Of a DNA stretch of 20,000 nt, positions 8,849 to 18,428 are shown piece after piece. Positions within the stretch are counted from its first letter, which is position 1. Every line of letters starts with the position of its first letter. The translations under genes and the position numbers were made by a program. The notes under the pieces are model-generated. The model worked only from the letters and a program-made list of their open reading frames with translations, was not told the origin of the DNA and did no database searches. The DNA is from Toensbergia leucococca (Eukaryota), in assembly GCA_022813965.1 (NCBI GenBank), contig JALDZS010000109.1, forward strand, positions 57,064 through 77,063. The letters are read 5' to 3'.

Positions 8849-9541
8849 TCAGGCAGTACCATTCTCACCCTCCCCAACCAAAACCCACTTATCCGCTCCC
8901 CAGCAATCATGACAGCAACAGCCACGGCAACAAGGACACGTCATCGCCTGCTCCGACAGCATCTGGTTCGTAAACCACGTCTCAATGCAAGGAGCGCAGA
9001 ACTCATGCTTGCAGCCCAATTCAATGACGTTCTCGCTCCCAAATTTTTCGTAGCAGATGGGGCATTGATCGTCGCTTACGACTGCACTTGCGGATGCAGC
9101 AGCTGCTGCTGCGGGGCTGAGCGAAGTGGGTGCTACGTGAGCCGGTGCAGGTGGCACTGAAGCTGCGACGGAAGGAGTAGTCGCGGGACCTGTGGCCTGT
9201 GGGAGGGTTAGCCGGATCGACGAAGTGGGGACGGGAGGAGGTGGGGATGCGGCGAGTTCGGCTGTGATTGTCAGCGTCATGGTGACTGTGTTTGTGGCGG
9301 TTGTCAGGCCTTGTGTGATGTGGAAATTGGCCACGCTGCCAATGGCGCCCATCTGCGCTATCAGGTCGCTGTCCAGTCCTTGTCTCATCAGCGTGGGCAG
9401 GGCGTGGTCCATGGCCCCGATGCTATTGATGGCCCTCGTGGCTATGAAACTGGATATCTCTTCCATGACCTCGTCGGTTTCGTGGGTTGCAAAGGGATCT
9501 ATCACCACCTGCGAGTGCCGGTGTGTTGGGTTAGTCGCCAT
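8849..9541 (-). CDS. RING-HC (C3HC4) zinc-finger protein, putative E3 ubiquitin ligase, 230 aa, single exon
   Basis: CPIC...CKHEFCAPC...W...CPCCR after a Pro/Ala/Thr-rich linker, followed by an extra CCCHDC tail. Confidence 0.85.
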   Translation of the reverse strand: MATNPTHRHSQVVIDPFATHETDEVMEEISSFIATRAINSIGAMDHALPTLMRQGLDSDLIAQMGAIGSVANFHITQGLTTATNTVTMTLTITAELAASPPPPVPTSSIRLTLPQATGPATTPSVAASVPPAPAHVAPTSLSPAAAAAASASAVVSDDQCPICYEKFGSENVIELGCKHEFCAPCIETWFTNQMLSEQAMTCPCCRGCCCHDCWGADKWVLVGEGENGTA

Positions 9542-9776
9542 GGTTGGTTCTGTGGGTGAGTGGTACAGGCTCTGAAGAAGCTTTGGGGGAAGAAGGAGAT
9601 GCAGTTCTGTAGTTTAAATACATTTGAAAGCTGCGGAAGGGTGTGAGACAGCAGAGGAAGAGAATCAAAGACTGAGAAGGTGTTGAGCACTGAACAAAAG
9701 AGTCTGACGATCTGAGGTCAATTGTTATGTATTGTGAAATGTCGGAGTAGAGAAGAAGTGTCAATTGTCTGAATAG

Positions 9777-9885
9777 AGACAAAGAGCATTGTCGATGCAA
9801 GCATACTGTTATATCTTATGGATCGTCAGAGCGGAATACTTGTTTTCCTCGTTTCGTAAAGACAAAGAGCATTGTTGATGCAAGC
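9777..9885. repeat. 26-bp direct repeat pair upstream of the RING gene
   Basis: AGACAAAGAGCATTGTCGATGCAAGC (9777-9802) and AGACAAAGAGCATTGTTGATGCAAGC (9860-9885); 25/26 identical. Confidence 0.9.
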
Positions 9886-10597
9886 CGATGTCTCAGGCGG
9901 GCACTGAGGAGATACATTCCTATTGTTCACAACACTTAGGGAGCCTTGATCAGACATTAAATCTATTGAACAAAGCTTAGTATATTTTCCGGACAATGGA
10001 AAGTCTCTCTGGGGTTCAACTGTCTGTAAGCAACGTACAGACCGTCGTGTAGTTGATGAGGATTCATAGTCGTATAGGGGACTCGTACGGCTGGTAGTCT
10101 ATTGGGAGAGACTTTGCGCCCATGATCGCTGCGAATGAGATATTTTTCGTCTTGATCAGATTATAAGGTGGTTTTCATAGAAAGTATGCCTTACTATTGT
10201 ATTCCTGTTAACATTTGGACTTTCTTGTCTTTCCCCCTTCCCCTTTAGTTTTTTCGCACCATACTGAACGTAGTGTCAACCATGCTGTGAGTAGACTCGG
10301 TATAAATACTGCTGCTTTTAGTCCCTGTACTTCTGCATCTGACGGCGAGGACGAGATTAATAAAGATCTTTAGAGGTCTTCGCTCTTATGCCGAAGACTC
10401 AATTAAAACCAAACCCTAAAAGCCTTCGTGTAATCCTATTGCGATGGCTCTTTGCTAGGAGTCTTTTCGCAGCGCAGGTTCATCATCGCTGCGGATCGCA
10501 CATCGACGCGTTTCCCTTTGGTACTCATATCTCCTGTCATCTAGCTCTCAGCTTCCCGAGCAATTCATCCACTAGCTTCCTCTCAGCGGCCGAGCTC

Positions 10598-11419
10598 TCA
10601 AGCACTCTTCTCCCTCTTGCTTTGCTCCTGCCTTCCCATCCCAACTTCGAATATGAAACCCCCTCTTAAACCCCCACACCATGCCGTTATTCTAATATTC
10701 GTCCATTCCTCCGCCCTCCACCCCCTAGGATCCACCCTTCCCTCCATAGCCAGTACTCTCGCAAATGCCCCTAGCATGCATAGATCCACCAACAATGTAC
10801 TAAAGTGTAGCGCCTGCCACACAATCAGATCAGCTGGTCTTGCGCGGAGAAGAAAGATCTGCAAGGACACGATGCCTAGTAGAAAGCCGGCTACGGTATC
10901 GAGGAGGAGCACTGTTTCAATTGCTGGAGGGGAGGTGGAAGTGGGAGAATATGAGTTTAGGATTCTGGTTGGAGTTAGAATATGGCACAGAACCCTGACG
11001 AGAGTATCATCGGGAGCGCTGTCCGTTGGAAAGAAGTTATTCCAGAGCTGATCTCTCAGACCGTCAAAGAATTCAGCCACAATAGAGAGTCTCTGTACCA
11101 ACGACCTGGCGGTGAGTGAGAGTGTTCTAGCAAAATATTCTAGACGGTTCGCGTCCTCGGTGACGAATGTATTTTCGCCGCAAAGGATCGAGGCCCCTTC
11201 AAGGTAAAGAGTTCGATTCGTTCGAAGGATATTTAGTACTTGAGGATCTATTCATCGTAACGTGACGGGGCATCTGAATACTCGAAAGTGCACCTGAGAA
11301 ATACCGGCGAGGAGAGGGCGTTTGTGAACGAGGAGGAGTCTCAGGATCTGCATCCGTGGCTCAGTCGAGAAGCCCATAAGAGTCGGCATCCGAGGTACAA
11401 TTGCTGATTCTGAATTCAT
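10598..11419 (-). pseudogene. Chimeric F-box-like (copy B) / DUF7704-like membrane protein frame with one in-frame TGA
   Basis: A 274-codon frame from ATG 11419 with a single internal stop at 11252-11254. N-terminal half: PTLMGFSTEPRMQILRLLLV...VLNILRTNRTLYLEGASILCGENTF. C-terminal half: HILTPTRILNSYSP...LLLDTVAGF...LLRARPADLIVWQALHFSTLLVD...EGRVDPRGWRAEEWTNIRIT...RGGFIFEVG. Confidence 0.65.
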
Positions 11420-11549
11420 GACTTGGGAATGATGAGCGGGAGGTCGGTGTGATTCACAAGTGTGAGTTTCGAGGATCGTATTTAGGTTCGGATGCGAGAG
11501 ATGTTTGTGAACACTATCAATCGTTAACACCTTAGACGTTTAAACACAC

Positions 11550-12100
11550 TTAAATAACCCTTTGCAAGCTGCAGATTCCGATGCCTTTGCCAGGGTATCG
11601 AGTCAGCTCTACTAGGGGAACCGTCGGTATTGAGGAAGGATTGCACTCACAAGTTATCTCAGAGGGACAGATGGTACACGGGCTCGATGTGCAAATTTGA
11701 AGTACAGGATTGAAAGGATAAAAACGCTCTGAATCCCAGGCGCGAGGCCGGCTGTTGAATGCAGAATCCTCGGCTCAAAATGTAGATGGCGCTCAAAGCA
11801 TTCTTTCTAGTATCCCTGTTGTTTTTCTCTTCGTCTTGTAGTTGAATTGCTATCTTGGCTCCTCCTCATCAAGTAGGTCACTCGTCTCCTTCATTGACGA
11901 CGCGGCAGGAGGATTTAAGGGCGTAAAGAGACCTCCGATATTTGAAGGCCCGCTTCACTCACTGGTATTGATGAAGGTTGATCTTTAGCTAAGGAGTACT
12001 ACTACTCATGGGTGCTTGCTAAGCAGGGCTGAAGCAGTGTATGTGTCAAGATGAGCTACAACGGCTCAAGGCAAGGCCATATGGTCGATGTTGAGGGATC
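11550..12100 (-). pseudogene. SET-domain gene fragment (copy B): Cys-rich pre-SET-like region plus the start of SET-N only
   Basis: ECFERHLHFEP/(frameshift)/AFNSRPRAWDSERFYPFNPVLQICTSSPCTICPSEITCECNPSSIPTVPLVELTRYPGKGIGICSLQRVI*. About 78% nucleotide identity (11563-11669) to copy A (13331-13437) by manual alignment. Confidence 0.8.
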
Positions 12101-12111
12101 ATTACCAGCTG

Positions 12112-12950
12112 TCAACACTCCTCACATTGTCCGTCAGCATTTGGTTTGTGGCTGACGTAGTAGCCCCCCTCCGAGAAATTTGTGTTGGTACATTGTTTGA
12201 CGGTGAATGAAACTCTATTGAGACTCTTAAGGGACAAAACAAGTGCAAAATCCCCAAAACATGGATTGATCTGGATGTCACAAGAGAAATCACTCACCCG
12301 ACCGTGAGACATAAGCAGCGCGAATCCTCATATAGGGAGCTTGAGTGGTCACTGAGAGTATCTTAGAGTAGCTGTACGCAACACTAAGTTGACCCATCAG
12401 GAGAGAATTATTGCCGTAGAAGATTGGCGCGCCCTTCAAGTATAGGGAACGACATGTCTGGAGGATGGAGAGCTGGTTGAGATAGTGGAGTGATATCGGC
12501 CACCACAATTCTCTACTTGGCAAGCCAGTCAAGCTTTAATCATTAGCAGGCTCAACATGTTGTTCTGCCGCACATTTGGGGTCGTCTCTAAAATTTGTGT
12601 AAGATTGACTGTCTTTCAGATACTCCTCCACGGCATGAGCCCTCGTAGCAAAGCCGTGCAGATATTTGCTTTCATTCAAGGCCAGTCCCTATCTAGCACT
12701 CCTCTGAAACTGAACTCTACTCTTCTGCGTTTTCCCAGTGTCAACGTCTGAGATTCCCGGTCGTGAGTGCCATAGTATCTTGGCAATTCGTGTTAGACAG
12801 CGCGTCCTCTTGATCCTTGGCAAGAATTACTTTGGTCTGTGTCTTTGGTTTTTACTCTGGACTCGTCGAACCTCCCTTTCTAGTCCTTCAGATTTCTTTT
12901 CAAAACAAAATTCTTATGGGTAAGGGTGCCAAATCGGAAGTCTCTGGCAT
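12112..12950 (-). pseudogene. F-box-like/DUF7730-type gene relic (copy A)
   Basis: Candidate ATG at 12950 with a TA-rich box at about 13071-13081; several stops and frameshifts. It retains *SLTGLPS and NQLSILQTCRSLYLKGAPIFYGNN...ILSVTT...RI, which aligns with the copy B motif. The 3' boundary is approximate. Confidence 0.65.
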
Positions 12951-13212
12951 GTAAATAAAGACTCCGCTCTCAGTATTAGAGAAATGAATCCACCGGGCGA
13001 CCCCGAAGCCGTATGAACGCAACGCACAATCTCACAATATATTGATCCATGATGAAGCAGTTGCAAAGCGTATATATATATGGGGCGAGCGAATATATAA
13101 AGTGAGGGTAATGGACAGGCCTTGCGGGGCGGTGTATGGGTTGCGCTAAGCGTCACTGAATGAGGTACCTTAAGTTAATGATCGAAGCTTCTGTCAAGGA
13201 AGACTTGAGGAA

Positions 13213-15505
13213 TCAGTGCTCGTGGGGGCGCTCGTCGACGACGAGGCTGTAGATGTCTTCGTTAAGGCAGCTGGATGGGTGGACGATCTCGCCTAGATAT
13301 TCTGCGAGGACGTCACCCTTTTTGATCTTCTGCAGGCTGCGGATTCCGACGCCTTTGCCGGGGTAGCGATTCAGCTCTACAAGGGGATAGGTTAGCAGAG
13401 AGGAAGGATCGCACTCGCAAGCGGTCTTGGATGGGCAATAACGGCTCAGGGCAAGGCCAGATGGTCAAGATTTAGGGACCGTTGCATTTGGTGCATCTAT
13501 TAAGCCTAGCTCCCGTACAGTCGGCCTTGCTGCCCTTTGAATATGACTTTCATATCAATTATCAGCCACTATTGTATCCCACAAATCCGAACCGGAGCTA
13601 CAAGGTCACAACCATATGGCTCTTCTGGTAGCTCAAGCTCAAGCGCGGTTGAAGTACCGATCTTAAACCACAATCATCCAGGTTTTCGGCATGGAACATG
13701 TTCCAGAAGGCGTTTTCATATAAATATAGAAAGCCGAAAATAGAGGAAAAGGTATAGATATCCCTTGCATCTTCCCGTACACAAGGCCATGCTCGAGAAG
13801 ACTTGGTGTACAATTAACGCGGGTCAATCCAAGGGGTAGCTTGAATATATATATATATATATAGTAATACAGCTGGTAGGCGGAGTCATCGTCCACGTGC
13901 CAGAAGCGTTCGATTTGAGCCTCCGTCATCCACGAGAAATAGGAGGAGAGTGTTAAGAAGTTTAACAGAGGCGTTGTTGACCTCTCGCAATTGCCAAAGC
14001 TAGTCAACGGCCTGCACGTGCAAGACAACTTCGCGCTCGTGGGCCTTCTTGGTATCTACATGCTGGTTCTGTTCATTTTCAACTCCAGCAGACGTCCCTT
14101 TAGTCTCAACCATGTCAATATGAAGAGGGAGAGAGAGAGATACATGTAGTCTTGTCTTGTTATATCTTCAGGAGGCTGTCCCGCTGGTCGAGCCTCAGGA
14201 TCCCGCCTTAATATGGCAAAAGGCCTAATGATGCTAGCGATAATGATTTCTATTTCTGCGAGAGGGAGGCTGAATGTTGTTAAGAGGTCTTTTGCGGTAT
14301 CTTGGGTGCGGCGAAGGAGGTAGAGCATTGTGTTGGGGTGGTGAGCGTAAGTGGTTGAGGGGACGATGCGTGCGAACGTGTGAAGGCTGCGATGGTGCAA
14401 GCGTATGCTCGCTGGCTCAAAGGAAGTTCCCACTAACTGAGAGAAGTTCCCCGCTGGCTAAGGGGAGGTCATTGGATGATTTTGCCGTTTGGCTATTTCT
14501 TCGAAAGATTTCAGATGAAGATCCTGTTGCTGCGCATATCCAATCTTACGAGGGAATCCATCGTTTCTTTGAGAGTCACGAATAACGTTGTCGATTTTAG
14601 GTACCTCATCGTACGAGGGATCGGTATGTTGGGTCGACCAACTCGCTCAGATCTCCCATAGGTTGGACTGAGTGATTGGGACTAGTTGGGTGGTTCCGCC
14701 GTCAGAGTCAGCTATTAGTAGATGTCAGATATATGGCACTCCGAAGACGGCACCACCCAACCAGCCCCAGTCGTTGTAGTTATCATCCATTGCAGCATTG
14801 AATGCTACCTCTTGTTGCAAAGAGCGAACTGCAGATTCCTCTAACGTGCTTCAGGAGATTGATGGCCTGGGCGAGTAGCTGGGTGAGGAGTAGTAGAAGG
14901 GTTCTGAGGTAGTCCAGCATACCACGAGCAATGTAGTGGGTTCGTAGCTGCTGACGATCGACTTGTTCATACTTCAGTACAGCCATCCGGATGGACATTC
15001 GACGAGTGAGAAGGTTCTGGATCTTGAGAACACCCTGCTTCAACTGGAGAGCAAAACTTGACCGTGCTCGGAGCAAGTGATGCTGTATTGTCTGAATCAG
15101 AGATTGAGCCAGATCTAGCCCGCTCCTTACCCTTTCGTTTGTAGGGCTCTCGTCATCGTTGACGGGAATGACCTTGGCGGTCCGTCCATCCTAAATCCCA
15201 GTGAATCAATTGACCGAAGATACCAATTCTCTGTAAGATGACATACCTGGCATTGGACTCAGAAGGATGTCGTCATAAGCTCCTTCGCTTTTCTCCTTGC
15301 CGCACCAACTTATTGGCGTCGTCATCCTTGTAGCATCAACCACTGCTTCTTGCTGCAAGAGGGGAACCGAAGATTCCTTTGAAGGACTTTGGAGGGGCTC
15401 CGGGGATGAAAAAAATGACTTGCACCGAGACGAAGTAAGAGAGGTATGATGGTAGACACATTCTTTCAGCGATACGGAGAGACTATCAATGCATTACGTC
15501 GACAT
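13213..15505 (-). pseudogene. Large SET-domain gene relic (copy A), with one recognisable intron (15191-15246), truncated within the SET domain
   Basis: CCACC-ATG at 15505 (MST*CIDSL...), a TA-rich box near 15572-15585, and a GTATGT..TAG intron that keeps the frame (SPMPG|WTDRQGHSRQR*REPYKRK). Long frames carry scattered stops and end in CPSKTACECDPSSLLTYPLVELNRYPGKGVGIRSLQKIKKGDVLAEYLGEIVHP...DIYSL...HEH*. No RFINHSCxPN SET-C motif was found downstream. Confidence 0.8.
13845..13863. repeat. (AT)9 microsatellite inside the SET pseudogene
   Basis: ATATATATATATATATATA. A short (GA)n run is also present near 14129-14140. Confidence 0.85.
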
Positions 15506-16121
15506 GGTGGATAGGTGGTAAGTATCAAAAATCCATGCAAGAAAACAAAACAAAAACAAGAACATCCAGAGTATATGTATATATAGAGTATGATCAAGTA
15601 CAATATCTCAACCAGTCATGGCGGCTGACTAGTTATCTAGATTCCAACAAAGAAAGAATCAACACACATTTTGGCAGGCAGATAGTGTTTTACGCAGTCC
15701 CGTGTGCTCTGAAAAGGGCGGTGTAGCTCTATGCATCTATCAATCATGTAAACAGGGCATTTGTAAAAGTGTACGCAGTACTGTAATCACAGAAAGGTGT
15801 GGATGACGACGTTGATACGGAGGGAGGGGGGGGGAAAGCTGGGTAGCCGCGTGTGCAAACACGAGACAGGAAAGTATGACATGAATGACATGAGCGGTGT
15901 ATTGAATAGTAATGAGCTCGTGGTTCATAATCTCCAAATACACGATCGGAACAGGGTCAATTCATGCAATGTAGCCCTTGTGTCTCGGACCAAGGCGAGA
16001 GAGTTGCTTTCCGGGTATGTGAGCGGAAAAATGTAAGAAACTCGAAGTAGAAGTAACGTATCCAAATTCCATGAGTTCATCATCTGTAATTCCGACTTTT
16101 TATCAATTGCTCAAGGCCCTC

Positions 16122-17705
16122 CTAGTTCTTGTATTTTGTCAGCTCCGGCGTTCCCGGAGCAGGCGGATCCGAAAATTTAGTCTGTACAAAGACCTTCTGC
16201 ATGCCATCCTCCTTCTTCTCAAATTTCTTATAAACAACATCCAGCTCTTCCATCAGCACACGATGAGTGAGCATGATGTACGGATCCGTCTGTCCGTTTT
16301 GGATCATCTCGAGGAGCTTCTCCCAATAGAGGTGCACAGGCGCTTGGCCGTTGCCGATGAGACGAATGCCGCGTTCCATGAGGGCGCCGATGTTGAAATG
16401 GTTGGTCTGTTCAAGAAGTAATCAGTAATGGAAATTTCATCAAAGGAAAGGTAGGGTTAGGGTGGAAGTACAAAGCCGACGTAGACACCCGTGATACCGC
16501 AGCGTCCGAAACTTTTCACAGAGGTGATCATTTCATTGACGATTTCTGAGGTATCAGTTTCCATGCCAAGCATCATCTCGAAGTAGTGACCCCAGCCCTT
16601 TGCGTACTCTCCCGCAACACACTCAAGCGCCACATCAGGTCCGTTCTCAACCCTCTCCTTGAGTTCAGCTGTTACTGTACGTCCCCGAGGTAAAGACATA
16701 TAATTTAGCGTCTCCACCTTCGGGATCTTCGACTTAACAAAATCCAAACGCCATGAAGCTGGGCCGCCGTCTATGATGATGACCCGCGAGGCGCCGTTGG
16801 TAAAGCTCATTTCGGCGCACATTTGGCCGATAGGGCCAGCGCCCCAAATGGCTACGACGTCGCCTTCTTTGACTCCTGTATCTACGACGCAATTCCAGGA
16901 GGTGGCGATGACATCGGAGAGGTATAGGCCCTTTTCATCGGGGACGTCAGGGGGAAGCTTGAGGAGATTTACGGATCCGTATGGAACGCGGACATATTCT
17001 GCTTGGCCGCCTGCAAAACCCCCAGTGAAATGCGAGTAGCCAAACATTCCTGGGAGACTCAGATTAGTCGATAGTAATGCTACTGGAATTCTCACACCAA
17101 CCGGCTGTCCGGCCCCCATACATGGCATTCTCAATTGTATTTGAATTTGTCCTCTCGCATTGCGAGGACAGCTTCCTCTTGCAATACATGCATTCTCCGC
17201 AGGCAATCTGGAAGGACGCAACGACACGGTCGCCTTCCTTGAGACCCTTGACTCCGGGACCCATGGAGTCGACTTTGCCACAAAATTCATGGCCGAGGAT
17301 ATCGCCTGCTTGCAACTCGATGACAGCACCTATCCATTTCGAAGTTAGCCAAGACGACGGGGAAACGTGGTCGAGGAGTTAACCGTGCAAAAGATGCATG
17401 TCGCTTCCACAAACTGTACTCCCCGTGACTTTCAAAATTACATCACCATCTTCGATAACTTTCGGTTTCGGTGTCTCAACTATACTTCTTCATCAGCGGG
17501 GATTCTAGTGTTTCTCCCTCTTGCCTTGCTCACCTATGCGAACATCATTTTTTCCCATCCATACCAACGCCTTCATGGTTTCTCCACTGGGGTCACCATA
17601 TTTCTCTCTGTCACGACCTGGGTTTGACACATTCTGTTCCGTGGTAGCAGTACCGGTGTGGCCCATGGCTTTTTCGGCCAGATTGGCGGCCTTGGACATT
17701 GCCAT
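16122..17705 (-). CDS. Zinc-dependent medium-chain dehydrogenase, formaldehyde-dehydrogenase-like (YbdR/FDH_like type), 452 aa; exons 17705-17534, 17479-17384, 17329-17102, 17049-16472, 16406-16122
   Basis: The spliced frame is continuous (1359 nt). It contains MKALVWMGKNDVRI, the catalytic Zn motifs CGSDMH and GHEFCG, the structural Zn motif CGECMYCKRKLSSQC, GGQAEYVRVP, LSDVIATSW and the Rossmann motif GAGPIG. Four GT-AG introns of 52-65 nt carry CTRAY branch sites. Confidence 0.95.
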
Positions 17706-17822
17706 TTTAACGGTGGGCGAAGGTGTGAGACTTGAGATATGGAAGATGTGAGAGGCAATGCTTTTCTAGGACAATGTCTCGACATTTTTGGAGAACGTTG
17801 GTAGAATGATCCTCATAAACAA

Positions 17823-17861
17823 TTACATCACCGTGGTGCCGTGGAAGGAGTTGTACGTCAT
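17823..17861 (-). promoter_or_regulatory. CRE/ATF-like bZIP sites upstream of the dehydrogenase
   Basis: ATGACGTA (minus, 17854-17861) and TGATGTAA (minus, 17823-17830), 120-155 bp upstream of the ATG. Another ATGACGT lies at 18201-18207. Confidence 0.4.
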
Positions 17862-18428
17862 CAACTTATGAAAATTATTCAACACATAAAGCAAATTCAA
17901 ACTAAATACTGTTCAATCCTCGAATCTCTATGTGATAATGTTAGTTGTGAATGAACCAATTTGAAAAGTATTGATGATAATCTCTTCATGCAACTGAAGG
18001 AAATTTGACCAAATCTCGCAGTGGCAGGATGGCATGATAGAGTACAATACTCTACCTGAATGAGATTCCTACTTCAAGCTCTATCTACTAGTACGGATAT
18101 TCATAGAACACCAAGTGGGTGGTGCGAGAAGGAAACATACCAATCAAATGCATTTGCAAAGGAGTCTTGCATACGCCAAATGTCCAGGAGAGCCAGTTCC
18201 ACGTCATTGCTGTGATTCATCACTCTCAATTGAAGATGAACAGAAGTAATTTGTAATGGAGTGTTTCAAACGCAGAAGGGTATCTATAGTATATCGATCA
18301 TTAAAAGGTCGTAGCTAATCTGCAGCCAGAACTTTGATTAAGGCGAGGTTCCCCGGCTTCCAAACAGTCAAGGTAATACGAGGCTGTCCTCGTACTCCAA
18401 GATTCAGGAATAGCATACTCAATTACGA

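Noticed and set aside
10598..15505. Rescue of internal stops by A-to-I editing, readthrough, selenocysteine or an alternative genetic code
   Set aside because: The stops are a mix of TGA, TAA and TAG and co-occur with frameshifts and deletions, and the neighbouring intact genes use all three standard stops; pseudogenisation is simpler.
15535..16120. Short ORFs 15535-15726, 15740-15943, 15797-16036
   Set aside because: No motifs or splice support; best explained as the dehydrogenase 3' region and the former promoter of SET relic A.
16450..16465. Telomere-like GGTAGGGTTAGGGTGG in dehydrogenase intron 4
   Set aside because: Only one perfect TTAGGG unit; not an interstitial telomeric array.
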